Assembly: GCA_964424195.1 (NCBI GenBank)
Contig: CAYRHT010000001.1
Span: forward strand, 135,260 to 199,259
DNA length: 64,000 nucleotides
Direction of reading: 5' to 3'
Source: an uncultured Gammaproteobacteria bacterium
Lineage (GTDB): Bacteria > Patescibacteriota > Patescibacteriia > UBA1558 > S5-K13
A program made the translations under genes and the position numbers. The notes beneath the pieces were generated by a model. The model worked only from the letters and a program-made list of their open reading frames with translations. It did not search any database and had not been told where the DNA came from. The stretch's first letter is position 1; every line of letters starts with the position of its first letter. Below, piece by piece: positions 29,478 through 39,624 of the stretch.

Positions 29478-30659
29478 ATGAAATTTGAAGGAAATATAAC
29501 ACCCATTACTAAAGATGAGATATCTTCTAGTGATAGTGAAAAAAATAAATTAGAAGATTCTAAAAAAAAGGATATTGATTCATTAACAATAAAAGAAGTA
29601 GAAAATTATGAAGTACCAGGAGCAGATGAAATACTTGAAATTATGTCCGAAGAGGTTTCTGCAGAAGAAAAAGAAAAATTGGAAAAAATAACCAATAATA
29701 TACCATTAGGAGTGAAGGATAATATTGTTAATACTTTTAAGGATCAAGTCAAATTATTTAAAAATTTAGGAACAGGTTTACAGGAAAAAATTAATTGGGA
29801 TAAAAAGAAAACAAAAGCTGTTGTATGTTTAGGAATATATGCTCTTATGAATGTTATGGGTAGTGTGCTTCATGCTGATGAATCTGATACAGATTCGGAT
29901 ACAGATTTAGATGGTGAATTAAATCTCTCTTTTTTGAAATCTACACTTTCTGGTGCTATTAATGAATTAAATACTTTGGACGCGACTCCAGAACAGGGAG
30001 ATTTATTTTTTAATGCTTCTATGGAGTTAGCAAAGGAAATGACAGAGATAGAGGAATTAGATGGTGAAAGAGTAAAATATAATTGGGCTATAAATAAGAT
30101 GTTAGAATGGTCCGAATATGCGCAGGAAAGCGGAATATCTCTGGAAGAATATAAAAATGGGTTAAGTGAAATTTCAGATAACTTTTTAGATTATATTAAT
30201 GGTTCAGATGAAATTGATTCTAATGATAATTTAGATGATTCTGTTGAAAATAATAATAGTATTTTAAATGAGATAGTTTTACCAGAAAAAGCAGCATTAG
30301 AATTTGACTCTCATTTTTCAGAAATTAATAAAATGAATATGCAAAAAGGTTATAATAGTACTGTAGAAGAAATACATGCTGCGGCAGAAAAATTTGAATG
30401 GTGGGGAGATAAATATGGAGACAGAGATGCTTTTTCAAAATTTGAAGAGCAGGTTAAAGATTATATTAATGGTTTAATAGCTAAAGTTGAAAAGATAGAA
30501 AGTAATGCTAAGAATCCAGATCATACATTAAAAACATATAGTAACCATGAATCCAGTAATATAGGGTTGAAGGTAGAGTTTGAATTAGATAAATTTTCAA
30601 AAGACACTGGACTTCGTAGTGATATGGAAGAAATGGATGATCAGTTCGAAAATTTTTAA
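29478..30659 (+). CDS. Acidic hypothetical protein
   Basis: 393 aa, D/E-rich, one central hydrophobic segment. No recognisable domain. Confidence 0.5.
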   Translation: MKFEGNITPITKDEISSSDSEKNKLEDSKKKDIDSLTIKEVENYEVPGADEILEIMSEEVSAEEKEKLEKITNNIPLGVKDNIVNTFKDQVKLFKNLGTGLQEKINWDKKKTKAVVCLGIYALMNVMGSVLHADESDTDSDTDLDGELNLSFLKSTLSGAINELNTLDATPEQGDLFFNASMELAKEMTEIEELDGERVKYNWAINKMLEWSEYAQESGISLEEYKNGLSEISDNFLDYINGSDEIDSNDNLDDSVENNNSILNEIVLPEKAALEFDSHFSEINKMNMQKGYNSTVEEIHAAAEKFEWWGDKYGDRDAFSKFEEQVKDYINGLIAKVEKIESNAKNPDHTLKTYSNHESSNIGLKVEFELDKFSKDTGLRSDMEEMDDQFENF

Positions 30660-30671
30660 TATTTAAATAAT

Positions 30672-31625
30672 ATGATATTACAATTTGGTATTTTAATTAT
30701 TGCCTTTGTGATTTTAATCAAAGGTGCTGATTGGTTAGTTAAGGGTGGATCTTCTATTGCTAAGAGATTTGGAATCCCTAGTATTGTCATTGGATTAACT
30801 ATTGTAGCTTTTGGAACATCGGCTCCAGAGCTTTTGGTTAATGTCATGGCTAGTATTAATGGAAATAGTGGAATAGTTATTGGTAATGTTTTAGGTTCTA
30901 ATATTGCTAATACTTTGTTAATTCTAGGTATTTCAGCAATTATTTTACCCCTAGCAATTAGAAGAGGAACTGTTTTAATTCAAGTTCCTTTATCTCTTCT
31001 AGCAATTGTTGTTTTAGGAATAGTTGCTAATGATATTTTGATTGATGGTGGAGTAGCAAACTTCATTACTAGAATTGACGGAATAGTAATGCTCTTATTC
31101 TTTGCAATCTTTATATATTATACTTTTAGTATTGCTAAAGTCAAAGGTGAGCCAGAAACAGTTCTTAAGTATACCCTTCTTAAATCTATCTTTTTAATTT
31201 TAGGTGGTATGATTGGTTTAGCATTTGGTGGTCACTTTGTAGTGAACAGTGCAGTTAGTATAGCTAAATTATTTAATGTTTCCGAATCTTTAATTGCTTT
31301 AACTATTGTTTCTATTGGTACCTCTTTGCCAGAATTAGCTACATCAGTAGTAGCAGCTTTGAAAAAGAATCCTGATATTGCAATTGGTAATGTAATTGGT
31401 TCAAATATATTTAATATTTTCTGGGTTTTAGGATTTTCTGCTGTTATTCGACCAGTGGTATTTTTACCAGCTTTAAACTTTGATGTCCTATTTGTTGTTT
31501 TTATAACTGTTTTATTATTTGTATATATGTTTGTTGGTAAGAGAGATGTTATTCAAAAATGGCAGGGAGCTAGTTTAGCTACTCTATATGTAGCTTACAT
31601 TGTATATTTAGTCATGAGAGGATAA
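30672..31625 (+). CDS. Na+/Ca2+ exchanger (CaCA) family antiporter
   Basis: Two internal repeats each carrying the alpha-repeat signature GTSAPEL / GTSLPEL. 10 TM helices. Confidence 0.85.
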   Translation: MILQFGILIIAFVILIKGADWLVKGGSSIAKRFGIPSIVIGLTIVAFGTSAPELLVNVMASINGNSGIVIGNVLGSNIANTLLILGISAIILPLAIRRGTVLIQVPLSLLAIVVLGIVANDILIDGGVANFITRIDGIVMLLFFAIFIYYTFSIAKVKGEPETVLKYTLLKSIFLILGGMIGLAFGGHFVVNSAVSIAKLFNVSESLIALTIVSIGTSLPELATSVVAALKKNPDIAIGNVIGSNIFNIFWVLGFSAVIRPVVFLPALNFDVLFVVFITVLLFVYMFVGKRDVIQKWQGASLATLYVAYIVYLVMRG

Positions 31626-31647
31626 ATTAATAATAATATTTAAAAAT

Positions 31648-31824
31648 ATGCCAAAAGTAGATAAAGAGAAATGTATTGGGTGTGGAACATGTGTTTCAAT
31701 GTGTTCTGATTGTTTTAAATTAGATGATGAAGGAAAGGCAGAGAGTAGTTGTGAAGGCAAATCTGGATGTACTACTGTTGATGAAGTTATAGCTGCTTGT
31801 CCAGTTGATGCTATTAGTAAATAG
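31648..31824 (+). CDS. Small 4Fe-4S ferredoxin (58 aa), below the ORF-track size cutoff
   Basis: Translation MPKVDKEKCIGCGTCVSMCSDCF...AACPVD contains CxxCxxC...CP cluster ligands. Confidence 0.6.
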   Translation: MPKVDKEKCIGCGTCVSMCSDCFKLDDEGKAESSCEGKSGCTTVDEVIAACPVDAISK

Positions 31825-31843
31825 ATTTTAAATAATTTAAAAA

Positions 31844-31872
31844 ACGTTAGAGTAAATCTAGCGTTTTTTATT
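31844..31872. terminator. Bidirectional intrinsic terminator
   Basis: acgttag-agtaaat-ctagcgt hairpin with one G.U pair, an A-run upstream and a T-run downstream. Confidence 0.7.
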
Positions 31873-31880
31873 TTAATTAA

Positions 31881-32330
31881 TTATTTTAATAAGAAGTAAC
31901 AGATGATAATTGGAATAAATTGGAATGAATATTCAAAGATGTATTTTGGTTTATAACCAATAAGGCGGTGACATTTGTGATTAAGATCATCAAACTGTTT
32001 AAAAAATTTAATTTTACTTACTCTATATATTCCCCAAAGAATATCCGGCAAGATTGCTCCAGATAAGGCGATTATAATATAATAGATGTTAAAATCATAT
32101 ATTTTGTACACCATATTACTTATGACTAGGACAAATCCAAAATCAAATATAGCCATCAGAGCAATATTAATATCCTTATTTTTAAAACCCTTAGTTATAG
32201 AACTACCATCTCCATGAGGAATAGCATCTAAGATATAATGTAATATAAAATTAACTATAAATAATAGTAGAGGATTAGAAATATATTTGATGCTCGTTAA
32301 AGCAACTATGCTGTGAACGCTTAAAAACAT
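31881..32330 (-). CDS. Hypothetical membrane protein, possibly YdjM-like membrane-bound metal-dependent hydrolase
   Basis: Four TM segments. His/Asp-rich loop ILDAIPHGDGS. Confidence 0.4.
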   Translation of the reverse strand: MFLSVHSIVALTSIKYISNPLLLFIVNFILHYILDAIPHGDGSSITKGFKNKDINIALMAIFDFGFVLVISNMVYKIYDFNIYYIIIALSGAILPDILWGIYRVSKIKFFKQFDDLNHKCHRLIGYKPKYIFEYSFQFIPIIICYFLLK

Positions 32331-32422
32331 AAGTGTATTATATCATGTAATGATGAGTGAGTATTGCTTTGTTTTTTATTTTATTATAAGCTTTAACAAA
32401 AGGAAATATTTAAGGAGGAAAA

Positions 32423-32599
32423 ATGTTTATTCAATTTATTCAAAAGATTATTGATCTTTTTAACTTCTCTGGAAAACCTAAAAAGATAAGTAAGAGAGAA
32501 CAAAAATTAATGGCTAAAGTAAATGAATTAAAACGTGAAGAAGTATTAAACAAGACTCGTCCTAAGCATGATTTTTCAGGTGCACGAAGACATTATTAA
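32423..32599 (+). CDS. Small basic hypothetical protein (58 aa)
   Basis: AAGGAGGAAAAATG RBS. Followed by an intrinsic terminator. Not in the ORF track because of its size. Confidence 0.45.
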   Translation: MFIQFIQKIIDLFNFSGKPKKISKREQKLMAKVNELKREEVLNKTRPKHDFSGARRHY

Positions 32600-32604
32600 A
32601 TACT

Positions 32605-32632
32605 AAGACCGGTTTTAAACTGGTCTTTTTTT
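32605..32632 (+). terminator. Intrinsic terminator
   Basis: aagaccgg-ttttaaa-ctggtctt hairpin followed by a T-run. Confidence 0.7.
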
Positions 32633-32676
32633 ATTGACTAATTACTCTTTTTTATTTATTATAATGATTAGTCTAT

Positions 32677-32762
32677 GCCGAAGTGGCGGAACTGGTAGAC
32701 GCGCACGACTCAAAATCGTGTGGACTTTGTCCGTGAGAGTTCAAGTCTCTCCTTCGGCACCA
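32677..32762 (+). tRNA. tRNA-Leu (anticodon CAA), class II with long variable arm
   Basis: GCCGAAGTGGCGGAA...CTCAAAA anticodon loop, long extra arm, T-arm GTTCAAGTC and 3' CCA encoded. Confidence 0.85.
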
Positions 32763-32802
32763 TTGACAAAGAGATGAATATTTATTATCATCTCTATATC
32801 GT

Positions 32803-32879
32803 CGCGGGGTGGAGCAGTCTGGCAGCTCGTCAGGCCCATAACCTGAAGGTCGTAGGTTCAAATCCTACCCCCGCTACCA
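32803..32879 (+). tRNA. tRNA-Met (anticodon CAU), likely initiator type
   Basis: CGCGGGGTGGAGCAG start resembles bacterial tRNA-fMet. C1:U72 mismatch at the acceptor end. Anticodon loop cCCATAA. CCA encoded. Confidence 0.75.
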
Positions 32880-32896
32880 ATTTTCTTTAATATCTA

Positions 32897-32973
32897 GGCA
32901 GGGTAGCTCAGTTGGTTAGAGCGCAGGACTCATAAGCCTGAGGTCGCGAGTTCAATTCTCGCCCCTGCTACCA
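32897..32973 (+). tRNA. tRNA with CAU anticodon (elongator Met or lysidine-modified Ile2)
   Basis: GGCAGGGTAGCTCAGTTGGTTAGAGC...CTCATAA anticodon loop, T-arm GTTCAATTC, CCA encoded. Confidence 0.75.
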
Positions 32974-33087
32974 AAGCTTAACATTTATCATCCGGAAGGG
33001 TGTTTTTTGTTATCTATTTTTCTGTTATAATAAAGGTAATTAAAATATAAGATTAGAAATAAAGAACTCTTTATTAATTATTTTTTT

Positions 33088-33870
33088 ATGCCAGAAACAA
33101 TTGCCATAGTAAATCAAAAGGGCGGAGTAGGAAAAACTACAACTTCTATTAATTTAGCAGCATATTTAACATATCTAGGAAAAAGAGTGTTGATTGTTGA
33201 TTTTGATTCTCAAGGTAATGCTTCTTCTGGTTTAGGTGTAGATTACAAGAATTTAGATCATGGTATGTATGAGGTTATTATTCCTGGTCCAGTTACTATG
33301 AAGAAAGTAATTCTATCCACTACTCTAGAAGGATTACATTTAGCTCCCTCCACTCCTAATCTAGCTGGTGCTAGTGTTGATTTAGTACAATTAGATAAAA
33401 GAGAATATCGTTTATTACATAACTTAGAAGAAATATATGATTACTATGATTTTATCCTAATCGATTGTCCACCTTCTCTAGGATTGGTGACAATTAATGC
33501 TTTAGTAGCTTCTGATCATGTTCTAATCCCAGTTCAATGTGAATATTATGCTCTAGAAGGTTTAGGACAATTATTAAATACAGTGAATTTAATAAAAGAA
33601 AATTTAAATAGTAAATTAAATATTCTTGGAGCAGTTTTAACGATGTATGACAAACGGAATAAACTGAGCGAAGAGGTATTTAATGAACTATACAAATATT
33701 TTCCAAACAAGATATTTAGAACAGTTATTCCTAGAACAGTGAGGTTAGCAGAAGCTCCTTCACATGGTAAGAGTATTTTAGATTATGATCCAAGATCAGT
33801 AGGTGCTAAAGCCTATGAAAGATTAGCAAGAGAAATTCTAGGTTCATATGATTCTTTAAAGAGTAAATAA
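33088..33870 (+). CDS. parA: Chromosome partitioning ATPase ParA/Soj
   Basis: Deviant Walker A motif KGGVGKTT. 260 aa. Confidence 0.9.
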   Translation: MPETIAIVNQKGGVGKTTTSINLAAYLTYLGKRVLIVDFDSQGNASSGLGVDYKNLDHGMYEVIIPGPVTMKKVILSTTLEGLHLAPSTPNLAGASVDLVQLDKREYRLLHNLEEIYDYYDFILIDCPPSLGLVTINALVASDHVLIPVQCEYYALEGLGQLLNTVNLIKENLNSKLNILGAVLTMYDKRNKLSEEVFNELYKYFPNKIFRTVIPRTVRLAEAPSHGKSILDYDPRSVGAKAYERLAREILGSYDSLKSK

Positions 33871-33879
33871 AATAAATAT

Positions 33880-34758
33880 ATGGCTAAATATGGTTTAGGA
33901 AGAGGATTAGGATCCTTAATACCTAAAAAAAATGATCCCGAGCCAGTACATCCTGTGGATTTAGGGGAGATTAAGGATAAGAATATTAAAGAAGAAATTG
34001 TAGAAATAAGTGTTGATGATATTCAATCAAATCCTTGGCAACCAAGAACTAATTTTGATAAAGAGAAACTTCAAGAGTTAGTAGATTCTATTCGAGAACA
34101 CGGTATTATTCAACCTTTAATTGTAACTAAGTCAGCTAAGGGTTATGAGTTAGTTGCTGGAGAGAGAAGACTTAAGTCTGCTCGAACTTTAGGAATGTTT
34201 AGAGTTCCGGTTATTGTGAGAGATATGAATGATATGAAGAAATTAGAATTAGCCGTAATTGAGAATGTTCAAAGAAGTGATTTACATGTTCTAGAAGAGG
34301 CAGAAGCATATAATCGTCTGATGGATGAATTTAAATTAACTCAAGAAGAAGTTGCTAAGAAAGTTGGTAAAAGTCGTTCCACTGTAGCAAATATATTAAG
34401 ATTAAGGGAATTACCAGAATCGATTAAAAAATCTTTAAACAATGAGAAGGTTAGTTTTGGTCATGCTAAACTTTTACTTTCTTTAGATAGCGAAATCAAA
34501 CAAAAAGAATTATTGAAAAGAATCTTAGTTAAAAATTTAAATGTTCGTGACACTGAAGAAGAAGTTAAAAAAGTTACTGTTAAGACTCATAAGAGGGTAG
34601 TAAATAAAGATGCTAATCTTCTAGCTAAAGAAGAAGAGCTTCGGAATCATTTGAATACTAAGGTTAAGATTAATGACAAAAAAGGTAAGGGAAGTATTAG
34701 TATTGAATATTATTCTAAAGAGGAGTTAGGAGATATATTAGGGAAGATATTGAAGTAA
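33880..34758 (+). CDS. parB: Chromosome partitioning protein ParB/Spo0J
   Basis: GLGRGLGSLIP N-terminal motif, ParB box (GERRLKSA) and HTH. Confidence 0.9.
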   Translation: MAKYGLGRGLGSLIPKKNDPEPVHPVDLGEIKDKNIKEEIVEISVDDIQSNPWQPRTNFDKEKLQELVDSIREHGIIQPLIVTKSAKGYELVAGERRLKSARTLGMFRVPVIVRDMNDMKKLELAVIENVQRSDLHVLEEAEAYNRLMDEFKLTQEEVAKKVGKSRSTVANILRLRELPESIKKSLNNEKVSFGHAKLLLSLDSEIKQKELLKRILVKNLNVRDTEEEVKKVTVKTHKRVVNKDANLLAKEEELRNHLNTKVKINDKKGKGSISIEYYSKEELGDILGKILK

Positions 34759-34780
34759 TTAATATATATTTTATGATAGA

Positions 34781-34812
34781 AAGTCACTTAATTATAAGTG
34801 GCTTTTTTAGTC
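34781..34812 (+). terminator. Intrinsic terminator after parB
   Basis: aagtcactt-aattat-aagtggctt hairpin with one G.U pair, followed by a T-run. Confidence 0.65.
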
Positions 34813-34860
34813 AAAAAAAGAAACCATTCAAGCATATTGCTGAACGGTTTCAAATGTTGA

Positions 34861-35319
34861 TTAACAAAGTTCTTCGACCATTTTTTTTGCCTCTGTTTCT
34901 ATTTTTTTGCAAATTGTTTCAAAGTCTGCGCTTCGAAAATCAAGGTTTTGGCATTTTGTAAATTCATCAGGTCTGAATTCACTAATTAAAAAACAATGTA
35001 CCTTGTAACTTTGAGAATCATCTCTTACTGATGCTAATAAAGCTTTTCCACAATATAGCTCTCGACCGGTATCAGTTTTCTTCCATACTATTTTGAATCC
35101 TTTCAATTCTTCTAACATTTCATCGAAAAGTTTTTCTATTTCTTCCTTGGCTTTTGTGCCACATGAGTAAAATATACCACTTTTGCTTAAGAAATGATAG
35201 GTAAGAAAATAATTTTCTTCATCTTCTGTAAAAGAATTAACAAATGTAATTGAACCATAGTGTGCGGTAATTTTCTTTTTAATTTTTCTCCATTGCAATT
35301 GTTTCGGCAATTGTTTCAT
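34861..35319 (-). CDS. Hypothetical cytoplasmic protein
   Basis: 152 aa with a strong RBS (TAGGAGGAAAAATG). No motif recognised. Confidence 0.5.
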   Translation of the reverse strand: MKQLPKQLQWRKIKKKITAHYGSITFVNSFTEDEENYFLTYHFLSKSGIFYSCGTKAKEEIEKLFDEMLEELKGFKIVWKKTDTGRELYCGKALLASVRDDSQSYKVHCFLISEFRPDEFTKCQNLDFRSADFETICKKIETEAKKMVEELC

Positions 35320-35492
35320 TTTTCCTCCTATAGAAAATATTTTTTAATTATAATTAAAGTATATCATACTTTAATATAAATGTCAAGTAATTTATCCACT
35401 TTTAGAGTTGATTTATCCTCTAAAATAGAGTAAAATAAAGGTAACGAAAAGGTCGTTTTTTGTTTATTTTATACATTTATTTACATAAATAT

Positions 35493-38240
35493 ATGGCGTG
35501 GAAAGTAAAGAAAGTAAAAGCTAAAAAAGTTGTTAAAAAGGCTGTAAAAAAGCCAGTTAAAAAAGTAATTAAGAAGAAGGCTGTTCCTAAAAAGAAGAGT
35601 CTTGTTAAAGTTAAAAAAGTTGCTAAAAAGACTATTAAAAAAACAGTAAAGAAAGTTGTTAAGAAAGCTCCTGTTAAAAAAGTAGTTAAGAAGGTTATTT
35701 CTAAAAAACCAGAAGTTAAAAAAGAAGTAATTAAAGAAATTAAACCAGAAACTGAAGTAGTTGTTCCAGAAGTAGTAGAGGATAAAATTGAAATAGAAAG
35801 AACTCCGAATGGTAAAAATGTTTCTGACCAACCTTTAGTTGAAGAAATGAAAACTTCTTATTTAGATTATGCAATGAGTGTTATTGTCTCTAGAGCTTTA
35901 CCAGATGTCCGAGATGGTTTAAAACCAGTACATAGAAGAATTCTTTATGCCATGTGGAAACTCGGTTTAAGACCAAGTGCTAAGTTTAGAAAATCAGCTA
36001 CAGTAGTCGGTGAAGTTTTAGGTAAATATCATCCTCATGGAGATTCTTCAGTTTATGATGCTATGGTGCGTATGGCTCAAGAGTTTTCTCTAAGATATAT
36101 GTTAGTTAATGGTCAGGGTAACTTTGGTTCTATTGATGGAGATGGTGCAGCGGCTATGAGATATACTGAAGCTAAATTACAAAAGATCTCTGAAGAATTA
36201 TTATCTGATATTGAAAAAGATACAGTTGATTTTATGCCAAACTATGATGGTTCTCAAAAAGAACCAGTAGTTTTGCCAGCTCGAGTTCCAAACCTTCTTT
36301 TAAATGGTTCTATGGGTATTGCGGTTGGTATGGCTACAAATATTCCTCCTCATAATCTGAGAGAGGTAGTAGATGCTACTTGTCATTTGATTGATCATCC
36401 TCAAGCTGATGTAGATGCTTTGATGGAATTTGTAAAAGGCCCTGATTTCCCAACTGGTGGAATTGCCTATGATGTTAAAGAATTAAAGTCCGCTTATTCA
36501 ACTGGTAAGGGTGGAGTAGTAGTGCGAGCTAAGACTGAAATTACTGAAGGTAAAAAAGGATTTAAAATTATTGTTTCAGAAATTCCTTATCAAGTAAATA
36601 AATCTACATTATTAGAAAAGATAGCTAATTTAGTTAAAGACAAGAAAATTACTGGTGTTAGTGATCTAAGAGATGAATCTAATAAAGATGGTATTCGGAT
36701 TGTTATTTATTTAAAGGATTCAGCTTATCCAAAGAAGATTCTAAATAGTCTTTACAAACATACTCAACTCCAAGATAAGTTTCATTTTAATACAGTTGCT
36801 TTAATTGATGGTATTCAACCTAAATTATTATCCTTGAAAGTAATTTTAAGTGAGTTTATTAAACATCGACAAGAAGTTGTTACTCGAAGAGTAACTTTTG
36901 ATTTGAATAAAGCTAAAGACCGAGCTCATATTTTAGAGGGATTGGTAATGGCTTTAGAAAAAATTGATGCGATTATTAAAACCATTAAACAATCTAAGGA
37001 TAAAGAAATTGCTAAAGTTAATTTAATTAAGAAATTCAAGTTAACAGATAGACAGGCAGTAGCAATTTTAGAAATGAAGTTGCAACAATTAGCTAATTTA
37101 GAAAAATTAAAATTAGAAGAAGAGCTTAAAGAAAAGAAAAGAATTATTAGAGAATTAACAGCAATTTTGAAAGATCCTAAGAAAGTATTAAAGATTATTA
37201 AAGATGAGCTTCATGAAATTAAAGATAAATTTGGTGATGAAAGAAGAACTAGAATTATTAAAGGTAAAGTAGACCAAATTTCTAGTGAAGATTTAATTCC
37301 TAAAGAAGAGATTGTCGTGATTATGACTAAAGATGGATATATCAAACGAATGTCTACTGATAATTTCCATACTCAGAATAGAGGTGGAAAAGGAGTTATT
37401 GGTTCAGCTACTAAAGAAGAAGATGTTATCGAAAGATTATTTGCTTGTACAACTCATTCAGATTTATTGTTCTTTACTAGTCGAGGTAGAGTTTTCCAAT
37501 TGAAATCCTATGAAATTCCAGTAGCTACTCGCCAAGCTAAGGGACAGAATATTGTTAACTTCCTCCAATTAGCTCCAGAAGAAAAAGTAAACGCTATTTT
37601 ACCTAATGATGAAATTGCAGAGTTAAAGTATTTAATGTTCATTACTAATAATGGTTTAATTAAGAAAACAGAGATTGATAAATTTTCTAATGTTCGGAAA
37701 TCAGGATTAATTTCTATTAAATTAAAAGATGGTGACTTCTTGAAATGGGTTAAACCAACTACTGGTAAAGATGAAGTAGTTTTAGTAACTGCTAATGGCC
37801 AGTCTATTAGAACTAAAGAAAAGAATATCCGATCAATGGGAAGATCAGCTTCTGGTGTGAGAGGTATTAGATTAAAAGGTGAAGATCAGATTGTTGGTAT
37901 GTTAATTATCAATCCAAAACGAACGGATAAAGATAAGCTGTCCATAGTTATGGAAAATGGTTTTGGTAAGAAGACATTTTTGAAAGCTTATAAAGTTCAA
38001 GGACGAGGTGGTTCTGGAATTAAGACTGCTAAGGTTACTGCTAAAACTGGAAAGATTGTTTCCGCTTTCATAGCCGATGAAGAAAACAAAGATAAGGATA
38101 TTATCATTATTTCTACCGGAGCCCAAGTAATTCGATTAGCTTTAAAGAATATCCCTACAATTGGTAGAGCTACTCAAGGAGTAAGATTAATGAGATTTAA
38201 GAAAGCTGGAGACAAAGTAGCTTCAGTAACTATAGTTTAA
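35493..38240 (+). CDS. gyrA: DNA gyrase subunit A with a lysine-rich, histone-H1-like N-terminal extension
   Basis: GyrA core ([33 protein letters not shown], active-site region, GyrA-box NRGGKG) preceded by about 110 aa of KKxVKK repeats. Start at 35493 chosen over the ORF-track 35460. Confidence 0.88.
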   Translation: MAWKVKKVKAKKVVKKAVKKPVKKVIKKKAVPKKKSLVKVKKVAKKTIKKTVKKVVKKAPVKKVVKKVISKKPEVKKEVIKEIKPETEVVVPEVVEDKIEIERTPNGKNVSDQPLVEEMKTSYLDYAMSVIVSRALPDVRDGLKPVHRRILYAMWKLGLRPSAKFRKSATVVGEVLGKYHPHGDSSVYDAMVRMAQEFSLRYMLVNGQGNFGSIDGDGAAAMRYTEAKLQKISEELLSDIEKDTVDFMPNYDGSQKEPVVLPARVPNLLLNGSMGIAVGMATNIPPHNLREVVDATCHLIDHPQADVDALMEFVKGPDFPTGGIAYDVKELKSAYSTGKGGVVVRAKTEITEGKKGFKIIVSEIPYQVNKSTLLEKIANLVKDKKITGVSDLRDESNKDGIRIVIYLKDSAYPKKILNSLYKHTQLQDKFHFNTVALIDGIQPKLLSLKVILSEFIKHRQEVVTRRVTFDLNKAKDRAHILEGLVMALEKIDAIIKTIKQSKDKEIAKVNLIKKFKLTDRQAVAILEMKLQQLANLEKLKLEEELKEKKRIIRELTAILKDPKKVLKIIKDELHEIKDKFGDERRTRIIKGKVDQISSEDLIPKEEIVVIMTKDGYIKRMSTDNFHTQNRGGKGVIGSATKEEDVIERLFACTTHSDLLFFTSRGRVFQLKSYEIPVATRQAKGQNIVNFLQLAPEEKVNAILPNDEIAELKYLMFITNNGLIKKTEIDKFSNVRKSGLISIKLKDGDFLKWVKPTTGKDEVVLVTANGQSIRTKEKNIRSMGRSASGVRGIRLKGEDQIVGMLIINPKRTDKDKLSIVMENGFGKKTFLKAYKVQGRGGSGIKTAKVTAKTGKIVSAFIADEENKDKDIIIISTGAQVIRLALKNIPTIGRATQGVRLMRFKKAGDKVASVTIV
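35496..35780 (+). repeat. Tandem coding repeats (AAAAAGTTGTTAAGAAAG-like) encoding KKVVKK-type lysine-rich repeats
   Basis: Low-complexity K/V/A repeats. The six-frame antisense ORF 35481..35831 is an artefact of this repeat. Confidence 0.7.
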
Positions 38241-38258
38241 ATATTAAAATATAAATAT

Positions 38259-39230
38259 ATGATGACTGTTAAAGAAATATATGATTTAGCAATAAAATTA
38301 GGTGTTCAGAATGATCTTCGGGGCTCTGATTTTGTTAATAAAAAACTCAAATATATTAATGAAAAATATAAAGAATTAAAACCAGAAGATAAAAAGGATT
38401 TTGATCAAGAAATTCTAAAAAATCCCTATGCTGATTCTAGAGTTTTAACTAAGGGCCTGAGTAAAAAAGTTAAGAGAGTTTTAGTTGGTATTGATATTGA
38501 AGTAGGAGAAGTTATGTTAGCTAATGAACTTTCCAAAAAGAAACCAATTGATTTAATTATTGCTCATCATCCTGAAGGAGTTGCCTTAGCTGGTTTAGGA
38601 AGTGTTATGGATCTCCAGATTGAATTACTTCATAAGTATGGTATTCCAATAAATATTGCCGAAGATATTACTAGAATGAGAATGTCAGAAGTTAATCGAG
38701 GAGTGAATCCAATTAATCATAATCGAGCTGTTGATACTGCTAACCTCTTAGGATTGGAAATGATGAATGTTCATACTCCAGCTGATAATTTAGTTGCTAC
38801 TTTTTTAGATAATTTAATTAAGAAGAATGAGAAGAAATTAGAAAGAGTAGAGGACCTATTAAAACTATTAAAAACAATTCCAGAATATAAAGAAGCTGCT
38901 AAAACTAAAGTTGGTCCTAAATTATTTGTTGGTAGTCCAGATAGATACTTAGGTAAGATTGCAGTTACAGAGATAACAGGTGGAACTAGTGGTTCTAAAG
39001 CCTATTACCAAAAGATAGCTGATGCTGGCATTGGAACTATTGTGGGAATGCATATGGGAGAAGAGCATCGTAAAGAAGCTGAAAAAGCTCATTTAAATAT
39101 TGTTATTGCTGGTCATATGTCTTCTGACTCTATTGGTATGAATTTATTCTTAGATGAATTAGAAAAGAAAGGTGTTGAAATTGTTCCTTGTTCTGGATTA
39201 ATTAGACATTCTCGAAACAAGAAAAAATAA
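38259..39230 (+). CDS. Nif3-like dinuclear metal center protein (DUF34 / GTP cyclohydrolase 1 type 2 homologue)
   Basis: IIAHHPEG matches the YbgI VIVHHG motif. C-terminal AGHMSSDSIGMN matches the AGHYxTE motif. Confidence 0.65.
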   Translation: MMTVKEIYDLAIKLGVQNDLRGSDFVNKKLKYINEKYKELKPEDKKDFDQEILKNPYADSRVLTKGLSKKVKRVLVGIDIEVGEVMLANELSKKKPIDLIIAHHPEGVALAGLGSVMDLQIELLHKYGIPINIAEDITRMRMSEVNRGVNPINHNRAVDTANLLGLEMMNVHTPADNLVATFLDNLIKKNEKKLERVEDLLKLLKTIPEYKEAAKTKVGPKLFVGSPDRYLGKIAVTEITGGTSGSKAYYQKIADAGIGTIVGMHMGEEHRKEAEKAHLNIVIAGHMSSDSIGMNLFLDELEKKGVEIVPCSGLIRHSRNKKK

Positions 39231-39251
39231 TATATTTTAGATATTAAAAAA

Positions 39252-39279
39252 GGCGAAGAGATATTTCTCTTCGCTTTTT
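39252..39279. terminator. Bidirectional intrinsic terminator between the nif3-like gene and acpP
   Basis: gcgaagag-atattt-ctcttcgc hairpin flanked by A- and T-runs. Confidence 0.8.
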
Positions 39280-39292
39280 GGTTGATTTAATT

Positions 39293-39526
39293 TTACTTAA
39301 CTTTTGTTTTTAGATATTCAATCGCTTTTTCAACTGTAGTGATCTTTCTAGCATCTTCATCAGGAATTTCAATATCAAATTCTTCTTCGAATTTCAGGAT
39401 GAGTTCTACTGTGTCTAAAGAATCTGCTGCTAGATCTTCAATAAAGTTAGAATTCATTTTTACTTTATCTTCATTAAAGCCTAATTCTTCAGCAACAATT
39501 TTGATTACTTTTTGAGTAATATCCAT
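39293..39526 (-). CDS. acpP: Acyl carrier protein
   Basis: 77 aa with DSLDTVEL phosphopantetheine-attachment motif. GGAGG RBS. Confidence 0.9.
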   Translation of the reverse strand: MDITQKVIKIVAEELGFNEDKVKMNSNFIEDLAADSLDTVELILKFEEEFDIEIPDEDARKITTVEKAIEYLKTKVK

Positions 39527-39624
39527 TTTTCCTCCTTATTTGATTTAACTACATCTTGCATTAAATAATCTAATAAGTCAAGAACTTTATTGAGTTATTT
39601 ATGATTTTAAGATAAGATTAATTT

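Noticed and set aside
32673-32861. 62-aa minus-strand ORF overlapping the tRNA cluster
   Set aside because: It overlaps the tRNA-Leu and tRNA-Met genes. Its GC-rich translation is simply the reverse complement of the structured RNA genes.
34773-34961. 62-aa + strand ORF in the parB 3' flank
   Set aside because: It overlaps the parB terminator and the convergent minus-strand gene 34861..35319. It has no RBS and a hydrophobic low-complexity translation.
35481-35831. 116-aa antisense ORF within the gyrA 5' region
   Set aside because: It is an artefact of the lysine-codon (AAA/AAG) tandem repeat, which on the opposite strand reads as F/L-rich codons without stops.
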